A DNA stretch of 63,174 nt, counting the filler, from Craspedostauros australis (taxonomy: Eukaryota): assembly GCA_030167865.1 (NCBI GenBank). It is 12 parts of 12 records of this genome, joined end to end, with 100 filler letters (N's around TTAATTAATTAA, not from the genome) between each part and the next. Parts side by side here need not be neighbours in the genome. Positions count along the whole stretch, not along the records: positions 1 to 8,522 come from JALAGF010005746.1; positions 8,623 to 12,378 come from JALAGF010005750.1; 10 more parts are not named here. One strand, 5' to 3'. The position numbers were made by a program, and so were the translations under genes. Under the pieces are notes generated by a model that did not search any database, had not been told where the DNA came from, and saw nothing but the letters and a program-made list of their open reading frames with translations. Shown in pieces: positions 1 through 11,283 of this stretch; position 1 is the first letter of the stretch, and the number at the start of each line of letters is the position of its first letter.

Positions 1-43
1 CACGGAGACGCAAGAACCATCACCACCGAAGGAAGAACACACT

Positions 44-2515
44 ATGAGCGTGAACATGGCAAGGTACCAACAGACCTCCATGAAATACAGCCCGACATCA
101 AAAACCCTTCGGCTAACCAGAACCCAACGAAAACCGAACCCCCTCGAAATGGCACAAAGGAAATCACCCAGAACCATCAAGCGCACCAAGAGCACACCGG
201 CCTCGCCCAACCGCCAACAGACGCGNAATTCCAGTGTCGTATACGACATGACCGACAACCGTACCACGAATCAGAACCACGAGCCAGCTGGCGCGCCAAC
301 CGACAAATTCTTGATCCGGCGTGGCGACACACCACCATCAGCCCTCACCGACGAATTCAGCACATTCTCGAGCATCAACCCCTCATGTGGAAGCGACGTC
401 CTCTACTACCCAAGAGACATGCTGGAGACAGGACCCATCATGCCAAGGAACCAATCACACGTCGCCACATCGACCAAGTTCCGGAAACCACCACCTGGAG
501 CCACCATGCCAGCCATCACAGAAGGTAACTGTGAAACTTCCTTCCACACGGGCCTGGCACCTCGGGTTTTCGTCACACCTGAGCACGAAACGTACAGGTG
601 TGACATGTTGATTGCTGACCTCCAAGAAGACCTGGCACGGAACGCGACCGCACCCTCTATTGCATTCCGCGACATGAACATGCTTTCACCACAAAAACGG
701 AGCCGCCACAACCAGGGCCCCAGACACAACCTCTCCCCATTCCAGACGAGGACACGCAAGATGACATTCCCAAAGTACACCCCGTTCTACGACGGCATTC
801 AATGCCCCGTCCCCGGATCCAGGGTGCTATATCCCGCAGGAAAGAAGGGACCCTTCCAAGGAATCGTCGTCGGATACAGTGGCCGCAGAGTCCGAATCTT
901 CTGCACGAAGGGAAACGATAACACACCAGCCGGCCGTATTTCCCACGTAGAGAAACAATCCATCTACCCCCTCACCCTCTCTGAATACCTGGATAACAAC
1001 CTCCAAACCACCGAGGTCCTCAGCATCGCCATAGCCGATGGCCAGTGCTTCTACCCCGCCCAGGACGGCGCATGGGGCGAACCACCCGACGAGTTCCGCG
1101 CAACCATGCGGAAGCCATCCATATGCCACTTTTTCAAGGTGAGGAAGAACCGGATCCCAATCATCCTCGCACACGCAAGGAAGGCACGAATGGTCCGAAA
1201 ACAAAGCGACACCCTCGCCATCAACCTTGTACGAGAGAAGAAAGCACTCGCGAACGAGCCTTTTCCCCCTACCGATGAGGATGACATGGTCGACGGAATA
1301 CCATCCCTCGAAGACACCCGCCCCAGTCTCGAAGTGGGAGAGACACCAGAAGGCAGGTTCCTGGATGAGATCCCTGACGGATACTTCGATGAAAAGATGA
1401 CCGCAGAAGAAGCCAGCCATCAGGAATCTGAATCAGAGGCGTACCGCGATGGAGATCAAGAATCGCAGGGCTCAGAAGGCGTGATTGACGTGGAAGCAGA
1501 GATCGCAAATGGAGCGGTAATCAGCCATCCCAGACCCCCCATCAGACGATCCTCACGACCATCACCGGCGTCCAAAATCTTGACAGCCACGCGAGATGGA
1601 CAAGGGTACACCGACAAGGTACGACCAAAGCCCGTGATCCCAACCGACCATTCCGTGGACAGTGCGTCCGTCCCAGAGCCCGGCGACAGTGACGATTCTG
1701 GGTCCATCTACCGACCAGAAGGCAACTCAATCAACCGGAACCAAGCATCGCGACGACCCTCCTCTGGAGCCAGCAGCAAGCAAAACAACCGCCCCAAGAG
1801 AAAGGGGCTCTTCGATGAATCTGAGGATTCAACCGTTTCCTCGGGAATGTCAAGAATCAAGACGATCAAACAGGTCAGGTCCGCCAAGAAAACCACGAGT
1901 GGGACCATCAACGCGAAAGGAGCTCCCACCACGGCCGCGGAGAATCCTCCCGATGCAGCAGAGCCGATGCCTCCCACAACCCAGGATGAGCAACCAGAGG
2001 TCCCTACACCACCGGAGGGGCCAACCGATGATGACGTGCCGATAGCAACCGCGTACCCGGCACCTGCGAACCACAATGAGGATGCGAACGCCAACACCCG
2101 CAGTTTCCCCGTCTTGAACCATCCCCTGCCATCGACACCCAACACTCCGGAGACCAGCAACGCTAACAAGAGGGCCCGAACGGAGCCCCGACCAGCGATC
2201 GCATACCCGTCGCCCCGACGTCTTCGATCTGGGTACATCATGTCCAGCAACCATGGACCGGCGACGATGCAACCATCCATGTTCCGGATGCCTCATGACC
2301 CCACCGCCCAAATCAGGGCCGCCCTCCAAAACGACAACAGGACTTCCCCGGTCATCCAAGCTCTCGCCGACATCCTTTTCCGCGGAGGGTTTGACCACAT
2401 CAACCAGGTTCAACAGGTCAGCATCACCTCCTCGTTGAACAAGGCATTGGAACTCATGCACACCATCCGCCTCCAAGGCCGCGGCTACAACGTCAACAAC
2501 GAACAGCCCGAATGA
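44..2515 (+). CDS. Unknown 823-aa protein in the 3' internal region of an LTR retrotransposon (extra ORF or long pol C-terminal extension)
   Basis: Long stop-free ORF whose frame is also open from base 2 to the ATG. It has no gag/PR/IN/RT/RH motifs. It ends ~90 bp before a purine tract and an LTR. A beta-rich segment (GSRVLYPAGKKGPFQGIVVGYSGRRVRIF) lies at ~810-975. Confidence 0.7.
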   Translation: MSVNMARYQQTSMKYSPTSKTLRLTRTQRKPNPLEMAQRKSPRTIKRTKSTPASPNRQQTXNSSVVYDMTDNRTTNQNHEPAGAPTDKFLIRRGDTPPSALTDEFSTFSSINPSCGSDVLYYPRDMLETGPIMPRNQSHVATSTKFRKPPPGATMPAITEGNCETSFHTGLAPRVFVTPEHETYRCDMLIADLQEDLARNATAPSIAFRDMNMLSPQKRSRHNQGPRHNLSPFQTRTRKMTFPKYTPFYDGIQCPVPGSRVLYPAGKKGPFQGIVVGYSGRRVRIFCTKGNDNTPAGRISHVEKQSIYPLTLSEYLDNNLQTTEVLSIAIADGQCFYPAQDGAWGEPPDEFRATMRKPSICHFFKVRKNRIPIILAHARKARMVRKQSDTLAINLVREKKALANEPFPPTDEDDMVDGIPSLEDTRPSLEVGETPEGRFLDEIPDGYFDEKMTAEEASHQESESEAYRDGDQESQGSEGVIDVEAEIANGAVISHPRPPIRRSSRPSPASKILTATRDGQGYTDKVRPKPVIPTDHSVDSASVPEPGDSDDSGSIYRPEGNSINRNQASRRPSSGASSKQNNRPKRKGLFDESEDSTVSSGMSRIKTIKQVRSAKKTTSGTINAKGAPTTAAENPPDAAEPMPPTTQDEQPEVPTPPEGPTDDDVPIATAYPAPANHNEDANANTRSFPVLNHPLPSTPNTPETSNANKRARTEPRPAIAYPSPRRLRSGYIMSSNHGPATMQPSMFRMPHDPTAQIRAALQNDNRTSPVIQALADILFRGGFDHINQVQQVSITSSLNKALELMHTIRLQGRGYNVNNEQPE

Positions 2516-2604
2516 AGCCCGCTCGCCGCCATCTTGGGCGGCGGAACAAACCACACTACGATTAGCTTTCTTGCTTTCAGTCAACTCACGTTTCAACGTG
2601 AGAT

Positions 2605-2613
2605 GAAGGGGAG
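2605..2613 (+). promoter_or_regulatory. Polypurine tract (GAAGGGGAG)
   Basis: Immediately precedes the LTR start; resembles ATAGGGGAG at 8912-8920 and GAAGGGGCG at 54971-54963 (minus). Confidence 0.75.
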
Positions 2614-3162
2614 TAATAGAGCTAAACTAGTAACCACCTTAGCGAGAGAGACTACGAATCATCCGACTCGTCAGCATTCCAGTAGGTCGAATGGACACTT
2701 CGCCGAACCCCACGTTTGGAGACAGATCCAGAACCTTGAAGCGGATCTTCGGAATTCGTGTCAGGGGACCAATGGGGTTCCGATAACCAAGTTTCTGACA
2801 CCCANNNNNNNNNNNNNNNNNNNNNNNNNNNNNNNNNNNNNNNNNNNNNNNNNNNNNNNNNNNNNNNNNNNNNNNNNCATTGTCTCTCACAGAACCCAGA
2901 CGACGGATCTCGACCCACGGTACTTGGGCTACACAACCCACACGCATTGTCATACAGGACACCACAGGAGATTCCCCTCGAAGAGAAGAACCATAGCACT
3001 AATCTCATAATCCGCACGTTTCTTCACCATCTACCAGTATTCTCAATTGACTACTTGTGGAACAGAAGACTCTCGTTCGGACCCGCTTGCCAGTCAAGCC
3101 TCTACAGCCAACAGCTAAAGAACAGCCAACAAGACAACAGCCATTACGTTTGGGCTCTATTA
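2614..3162 (+). repeat. 3' LTR with 9-bp terminal inverted repeats (TAATAGAGC...GCTCTATTA)
   Basis: Perfect inverted ends and a preceding PPT. The right flank resumes mid-gag of Copia family A (AAGTGAGACACC, uninterrupted at 12659 and 13217). Confidence 0.8.
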
Positions 3163-6100
3163 AAGTGAGACACCACCAGGAGGAGAATTTGTGACGAAAA
3201 CAATCTCCGCGCAACAACAAGCGAAAATCGAAAAAGTGACAACACAGAAACAAACGGAAATCAAGGGCGCGAGCGCACCAACAACGAAACAACAACTCAA
3301 CATGGCGACATCAGCCAACATGAACAAACGACGCATCAAGGCGCCGATGTTCAGTGGTGAACAGGAAGACTACAGCGCATGGGAGTCCCAAGCGAAGGCA
3401 TACGCTCGTGCACAGAAGACGAGAGACGTGATGTTGGGGAAGACCAAGGTGCCAACAGTGAGTGAAATCGCGGCAGCGACCGACGTTGCCAAGGAAGCGA
3501 TGGAGGAAATCTACGAGCTGGGATGCGACTGCTTCAGCGATCTGATCCTCATGATGGATGTAGAGAAAGGAAAAGGCAAGCAGGCCATCCAGTACATCAA
3601 CCAGTGCGTCTCCGACGACTACCCCGAAGGAGATCCACACGTAGCGTGGAACGTTCTCGCGGAGAAGTTTCGTCCATCCGATGCAGCGACGAAGATCAAG
3701 CTCAAGCGCCAATTCAACAACGAAAAGATGAAGAGAGACACGGACCCAGACATCTACATCACGCGACTCGAGGGTCTACGATCGCGTCTCCACGATGTCA
3801 AATACGAGATCACGGACGAGGAAATGATCATGCAGATCCTCAGCACGGTGAGCAGCGAGTACAGAACTCACATCGTGAACTTCCAACACCAACTCACGTT
3901 CAATCCGGAACTGGTTACCATCAACGCAGTCAGAGGAGTACTCCGCACTGCATACGCCACTCACCAAGGAGGCAAAGCGTACGTCGACGACTTCCAAGAC
4001 AGCAACACGAAGAGCAACGACACCGGCTTCACGAGCACCGGTAACTTCAAGGGGACCTGTCACAACTGTGGTGTGTATGGTCACAGATCCGCCGATTGCC
4101 CAGAACGCAAGAAATCGAACAACAAGAAAAACAACAACAACAACAAGATGAACGGGAAGCGCAACAACAATCGCAACAAGGGAAGCGGCTTCAACGGGAA
4201 GTGCAACTACTGCGGCATCTTCGGACATCGCGAGGCGGAGTGCCGAAAGAAGAAGTTCAACGAAAAGAAGAAGACCGACGAACAAGCCAACGCGGCAACG
4301 GAAGGACACGACATGAGCGGGCACGAGATGGTACTCTCGGCAAAAGACATGCCGCTCTGCATGTTGGTGTCCGACAACTACATCGAAGACTCCTTCTTCG
4401 ATAACTTCGAGTACGTCAGGAGTGACGACGAAGTGGAGGACGATGAGATCGTTCCGGAGTGGCTCAGCGAGGAGCCCATCATCCACGAGGTGGATCCAAG
4501 ACGCGAAGTGAGCTACGAATGCTGCTTCAATGCAAACAACCTGATCGGTCCATACGGCGACAGAGCCGAGATGGGCAACGAGGCCATCGATAGCGACATC
4601 GAAGAGGCCATGAGTGAAGAGGCCGATGATGAAACCAACGAGAATGATAGAGGCCAAGACGAAACGAACGGCGGCGCGGCGCCGCCTCCTCCAGCAGCGG
4701 GGAACAACAGATCGGGCATCTTCGATGAAGATGACAGCAACGAAACCGAAGATCATCCAGACGACAGCTTCAACCCAAACGAGCGTGTCGTCTATCCAAG
4801 AGACATCGACTTTCCACCGATTGAAAATCCCAACCAATCCAACTTCCTCCATCGACATGACACCGTCCCATGTGCAACAGAAACAGCATTGGTAATCCAG
4901 AAGCAACTCATCTTTGACGCCGTAATGGAAGCAGGGATGAAACTATTCTCAGGAATCGAACGAGGAGTACTCAGACCGATATGGGTCAACATGATGGGAT
5001 CCATCCTATCCGAGAACTTCAGATCAATTGAAGAGATTCTCGCCAATTCGGTCGTCATCAACCGCATATTGGAAGCGAATGAGACAGAGACGATCCCAGA
5101 GATGGACCTGCACTACATCCTTGGAGGATGCATGCGCGTACTCTTACGCGAACGACCACGCGTCAACCCATATGATCCAGCCACAGGATCACATCGGAAC
5201 AGCACGATTCCATCGGACTACGCGCAACTACCCAACGACATGGAAGACGAGGATCACCATCATCCATACAACGAAGATGGAGTTCACGAAGATGAAGACG
5301 ACGGCAGCTTCAACGACGAGATAGCTGCGGCAGCCGTGGAGCAGCTCCACGAGCTCAGCACCAGATACAAGGACAAGGTCAACAAGGACACCTGGCTCGC
5401 TGACAGTGGAGCTTCGTGTCACATCGTCAATTCGGACGCCGCTCTCTTCAACGTGCGGCACATCAAGTCCTTCGTCCAAGTGGGAGACAGCACGAAACTG
5501 GACTCTCCCAAAATGGGATCCATTCGCTTGAAGGTCAAGCAACGAAACAACACTGGCCACATCATCCGGCTTGATGATGTGAAGTACACACCGAAAATGG
5601 CGGTGAACCTTTTCTCCACGAACAAGGCTCTGTAGAACGGTTACCAACTTGGTAGCAACGGCATTCTGATGGACATCATCAACGGATCCGGAACGAAGAT
5701 CGTGTTTGATCGAGTCTTTCCCACATCCAACGGATTCATCACGGGAGTGCAGATGCATCCCATCATGCCAACGGACGATGACAAGGCTTCCNNNNNNNNN
5801 NNNNNNNNNNNNNNNNNNNNNNNNNNNNNNNNNNNNNNNNNNNNNNNNNNNNNNNNNNNNNNNNNNNNNNNNNNNNNNNNNNNCATCGGCGAGATGCCGG
5901 TATGTCGCGACTGCGCGGTCGCGAACGCAAGAGTGAAGAACATCCCGAAGGCAACCATTCCGAGAGCGACTCGCCGCGGCGAACGTCTCTTCATTGACAT
6001 TAGTTACACTAAACACACAAGCTTTGAAGATAAACGCTACTGGACCCTGATCGTGGACGACTGCACAGATCACTGCTGGAGTTTCTTTCTCAAGAACAAA

Positions 6101-8522
6101 AGTGATCAATCAGGGTACATCAAACGATTCATCCAAACGATCAAGTCACAGACAGGTGACCAACAGATCATCTTCTGAGGAGACAACAGCGGAGAGAACA
6201 AATCTACGCAGGATATTCTCATCGATGCAGGACTGAACGTGAAATTCGAATTCACGGCATCAAACACGCCGCAACAGAACGGTAGAGTAGAACGGAAGTT
6301 CGCGTACCTCTACACCAAGATCCGCTCCATGCTAAATGGAGCACAACTCGACGAAGAGTATAGACATGGCCTGTGGGCAGCAGCTGCGAGCACTGCCACC
6401 GCCATCGCCAACATCACCGTAGCAAAGAACCAGAAGGAGTCACCATACCGCCAATTCTTCGGCAGCGATCCACCATACGCGGATGCACTCCGCACATTTG
6501 GAGAGGTGGGTGTTGTGAAGACTACCTACAGCGGGATTACCGCCAAGCTCAAGAATAGAGGAGAAGAGATGGTGTTCATCGGCTATGCACACCAACACGC
6601 ATCAGGGGTCTACAACATGTACAGACCATCAACCAAGTCATTGATCTGCTCACGCGACATCAAGTGGCTCAACCAATCATACGGACAGTTCCGTGGCTGG
6701 GCACCAGCACCGAACATATCCAACGAAGCAGGAACAACGGACGCAGACGGCTTCACAACCATCGGACGGAAGGGAGCAACGCCAAAGACGGCAACGCGTC
6801 AAACATCAGATGCAAAGAGAGTATCTTTCGCTGACAGCAACAGGTATCACATCCTATCAGACAGCGACGATGAGGATAATGAGGACGATGGAGTAGTGAC
6901 TCAACTAATCCATAACGACGAGGAAGATCGGAGTGAATCCAATCATGAGGATGATGAGATCACACCATCTGGCGACGAAGCCGACGATGACACAGGCGTC
7001 ACTCCTCCGAACACACCAGCGAGGTCTACACATGACACACCATCCAGACCTCCACCNAGNAAACCAAGCAAGCGTGACATAGCTAGAAAGGAGAGGATCC
7101 GACGTCACGAAGCACGAGGCAGGAAGGGAGAAGCTAATCCCAAATCAACTACAGGGAAGAGCATTCCCAGAGCTCTGCGTGAGCTCGCAGACTTCAATGA
7201 ACGAGGTCGAAAGGAGGAAGGCTATGAGAACAAGTCATCATCCAATGAAGATAGTGATGAACTCAGCGACGAGGTGACCGACGACTCCAACAACGAAACC
7301 ACAGATGACGAAGAAATCACGGATGAAGAAGAGATCGAGATCACTCACTATAGCGCAACAGGACTGTACGGAATGAATGCAATCATTACCGAATCACCAG
7401 CGATCGACATCGGNNNNNNNNNNNNNNNNNNNNNNNNNNNNNNNNNNNNNNNNNNNNNNNNNNCACCAGCACCGAACATATCCAACGAAGCAGGAACAAC
7501 GGACGCAGACGGCTTCACAACCATCGGACGGAAGGGAGCAACGCCAAAGACGGCAACGCGTCAAACATCAGATGCAAAGAGAGTATCTTTCGCTGACAGC
7601 AACAGGTATCACATCCTATCAGACAGCGACGATGAGGATAATGAGGACGATGGAGTAGTGACTCAACTAGTCCATGACAACGAGGAAGATCGGAGTGAAT
7701 CCAATCATGAGGATGACGAGATCACATCATCCGGCGACCAAGCCGACGATGACACAGGCGTCACTCCTCCGAACACACCGGCAAGGTCTACACATGACAC
7801 ACCATCCAGACCTCCACCAAGTAAACCAAGCAAGCGTGACATAGCTAGAAAGGAGAGGATCCGACGTCACGAAGCACGAGGCAGGAAGGGAGAAGCTAAT
7901 CCCAAATCAACTACAGGGAAGAGCATTCCCAGAGCTCTGTGTGAGCTCGCAGACTTCAACGAACGAGGTCGAAAGAAAGAAGGATATGAGAACAAGTCAT
8001 CATCCAATGAAGATAGTGATGAACTCAACGACGAGGTGACCGACGACTCCAACAACGAAACCACAGATGACGAAGAAATCACGGATGAAGGAGAGATCGA
8101 GATCACTCACTATAGCGCAACAGGACTGTACGGAATGAATGCAATCATTACCGAATCACCAGCGATCGACATCGGACTGTCGATGCAGGACCAGAACAAA
8201 GAACCAGATAAGCACATCGAACCAACGACATTCGATGGAGCCTTCAATCATCCAGATCCCATCCATCGAAAGGGATATCGAGCAGCCATCAAGAAGGAGT
8301 TCGACTCCATGGANACACGCAAGGTGTACAGCAAGATCAAACGAGACGCCATCCCACGCGGCCGCAGATGCTGCAAGTGCAAATGGGTCTTCAAGCTGAA
8401 GTGTGACGGCACACATCGAGCGCGGCTCGTTGCATGTAGCTATTCACAAGTCGCAGGAGTGGACTTCCAAGAGCATTACTCACCTGTCATCCATGACGTG
8501 ACCTATCGGGTCATGATGGTGA
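3163..8522 (+). mobile_element. gag-pol: Ty1/Copia family A gag-pol, defective copy, truncated in RT
   Basis: Gag with two CCHC knuckles (CHNCGVYGHRSADC, CNYCGIFGHREAEC), protease WLADSGASCH, integrase (FIDIS, GDNSGE, PQQNGRVERK), RT start (KWVFKLK...RARLVA). Stops at 5633 and 6176. Confidence 0.95.
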
Positions 8523-8622
8523 NNNNNNNNNNNNNNNNNNNNNNNNNNNNNNNNNNNNNNNNNNNNTTAATTAATTAANNNNNNNNNNNNNNNNNNNNNN
8601 NNNNNNNNNNNNNNNNNNNNNN
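8523..8622. other. Artificial scaffold-joining linker (44N-TTAATTAATTAA-44N); identical linkers at 12379, 23605, 27205, 29017, 36899, 40080, 44494, 48295, 50392 and 53149
   Basis: Invariant 100-bp structure with stops in all six frames; unrelated sequence on either side. Confidence 0.98.
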
Positions 8623-8896
8623 GGGAATTCCGCTGGACGGACCCGCCTGGATGTTCGGAGACAACCAGAGCGTGATCACATCCTCCACCATCCCAAACAG
8701 TGTGTTGTCTAAACGACACAACGCACTAGCGTACCACCGCGTGCGTGCCGCAGTAGCTGCGAAGATCCTGCATTTCTGCAAGATAGACGGAACGGAAAAC
8801 GTAGCCGACGTCATGACCAAGTTCCTTCCATGGGCNNNNNNNNNNNNNNNNNNNNNNNNNNNNNNNTTCTGGAAAGGAGAGACTCTGGGTGGATGA
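8623..8896 (+). CDS. pol: C-terminal RNase H fragment of a CoDi-I-like Copia pol
   Basis: FGDNQSVITSSTIP...KRHNALAYHRVR...ENVADVMTK, homologous to the RH end of the 54710-63030 element. Confidence 0.92.
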
Positions 8897-8920
8897 ACAA
8901 GACTCCCGACCATAGGGGAG

Positions 8921-10144
8921 TATCAACATCTAGATCGAAATTAGGTACCCATCTCCCATGACTGAAACGTGATTCACTATTTTGATTCGACTCGATTTTG
9001 AGAGTATAGTCGAGTGAGTCTTGATACACGATTGCGATCCAGTCACTACTGTCATCGAACATGACGTAGGCACTGACATCATCGTATGACGTCAGAGGAT
9101 CGGTCATTGTGATCCTCGGAATCNNNNNNNNNNNNNNNNNNNNNNNNNNNNNNNNNNNNNNNNNNNNNNNNNNNNNNNNNNNNNNNNNNNNNNNNNNNNN
9201 NNNNNNNNNNNNNNNNNNNNNNNNNNNNNNNNNNNNNNNNNNNNNNNNNNNNNNNNNNNNNNNNNNNNNNNNNNNNNNNNNNNNNNNNNNNNNNNNNNNN
9301 NNNNNNNNNNNNAGAAAGACCCAAAGGCGAGAATAACACGGAATATCGTGTAAATCAACATGCCATCTTGGGCAATGTTTTAGGAAAGACTGCGAGAGAA
9401 ACCACGAGGTAACCGAGCAGCACGTTAGCAACCGTGCAATAGGCACCATCATTAGAAATAGGAGATCATCATCTCATAATCCAAACCTCAATCATCAATT
9501 GAATACAACCATAACTTAGCAACAACTATCACCAAACACACCGGCTTCACCTGACGGATTGATCACCCTGGCGGAGGAGTAAGTGCNNNNNNNNNNNNNN
9601 NNNNNNNNNNNNNNNNNNNNNNNNNNNNNNNNNNNNAGATTATATTTTAGTCATGGTATGCTGACCTGTCTAGCCTAGCCGAGTGCATCATCGAGCACGT
9701 GGCAACAACATTTAGAGTAGAGATCGTCGTCGTCAGAGGTGATGCATGCACCTCGTCGACGTAGACGGATCAATCCATATATGATCAAACAGAGATCAAG
9801 ATTAGGCAAGACCAGGAGAGATGAAGAAAGACCCAAAGGCGAGAATAACACGGAATATCGTGTAAATCAACATGCCATCTTGGGCAATGTTTTAGGAAAG
9901 ACTGCGAGANAAACCACGAGGTAATCGAGCAGCACGTTAGCAACCGTGCAATAGGCACCATCTTTAGAATGATGAGATCATGTTCTCATAATCCAAACTC
10001 AATCATCAATTGACACACCAATAACTTAGCAACAACTATCACCAAACATCTCCAACTCCACCTCTCGGATTGATCACCCTGGCGGCGTAGTAAGTGCAGT
10101 GTTTGGTGCTCCCCTCTTGTCCTGTGTGTAATTGCTGATTATCA
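8921..10144 (+). repeat. 3' LTR sequence present as two diverged, gapped copies (8921-9586 and 9638-~10144)
   Basis: Starts TATCAAC right after PPT ATAGGGGAG. 9314-9586 matches ~9825-10097. Abuts the satellite; the right end is approximate (10141-10144). Confidence 0.7.
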
Positions 10145-11283
10145 GTGGCTGTCGATGCAATGCTGTTGGGGAGCTTGGGCACGGACTGCATGCTTGCATC
10201 GATGAGGAAATGGCTGTGGCTGTGATGCTGTTGGCGAGCATGGACTCGGACGGCATGCTTCAATCGAAGTGGATGTGGATGCGATGCTGTCATGGAGCAT
10301 GGACTGCATGCTTGGATCGAAGTGGATGTGGCTGACGATGCGATGCTGTCGTGGAGCATGGACTTGGACGGCATGCTTCAGTTGCAGTGGCTGTAGCTGT
10401 GGATGCGATGCTGTCGTGGAGCATGGACTCGGACGGCATGCTTCAATTGCAGTGGTTGCGGTTGTGGATGTGATGCTGTCGTGGAGCATGGACTCGGACG
10501 GCATGCTTCAATCACAGTGGCTGTAGCTGTGGATGTGATGCTGTTGGCGAGCATGGACTCGGACGGCATGCTTCAGTCGCAGTGGTTGCGGTTGTGGATG
10601 TGATGCTGCTGGCAAGCATGGACTTGGATGGCATGCTTCAATCACAGTGGCTGTAGCTGTGGATGTGATGCTGTTGGCGAGCATGGACTTGGATGGCATG
10701 CTTCAATCGCAGTGGTTGCGGTTGTGGATGTGATGCTGTCGTGGAGCATGGACTCGGACGGCATGCTTCAATCACAGTGGCTGTAGCAGTGGATGTGATG
10801 CTGTTGGCGAGCATGGACTCGGACGGCATGCTTCAGTCGCAGTGGCTGCAGCTGTGGATGTGATGCTGTTGGCGAGCATGGACTCGGACGGCATGCCCCA
10901 ATCACAGTGGCTGTAGCAGTGGATGTGATGCTGTCGTGGAGCATGGACTCGGACGGCATGCTTCAATCACAGTGGATGTAGCAGTGGATGTGATGCTGTT
11001 GGCGAGCATGGACTCGGACGGCATGCTTCAATCACAGTGGCTGCAGCTGTGGATGTGATGCTGTTGGCGAGCATGGACTCGGACGGCATGCTTCAATCAC
11101 AGTGGCTGTAGCAGTGGATGTGATGCTGTTGGCGAGCATGGACTCGGACGGCATGCTTCAGTCGCAGTGGCTGCAGCTGTGGATGTGATGCTGTTGGCGA
11201 GCATGGACTCGGACGGCATGCTTCAATCGATGCGGCTGTGGCTGTCGATGCGATGCTGTTGGAGAGCATGGACATGGACTGCA
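10145..11283. repeat. 65-bp tandem repeat (satellite), ~17 units
   Basis: Unit ~GTGGATGTGATGCTGTTGGCGAGCATGGACTCGGACGGCATGCTTCAATCACAGTGGCTGTAGCA. GCATGGACT recurs every 65 bp from 10486 to 11201. Edge units are degenerate. Confidence 0.97.

Noticed and set aside
3776..4906. Long antisense ORFs over gag/pol and other genes
   Set aside because: Shadow frames caused by biased codon usage; no recognisable motifs.
5633..5635. Programmed stop-codon readthrough between gag-PR and pol
   Set aside because: Paralogs have TAC at this codon (15695, 16155), so it is a copy-specific nonsense mutation.
6705..8170. Tandem duplications inside genes (also 15377-16245, 24573-24775, 31652-32600, 41612-42310, 51580-52240, 58553-59622)
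   Set aside because: Each pair of near-identical copies is separated by a 50-N gap, which indicates unmerged overlaps or haplotypes rather than real duplications.
10145..11283. CRISPR array or repeat-protein gene
   Set aside because: No unique spacers and no cas genes. The 65-bp unit is not a multiple of 3, so the ORFs are short by-products.
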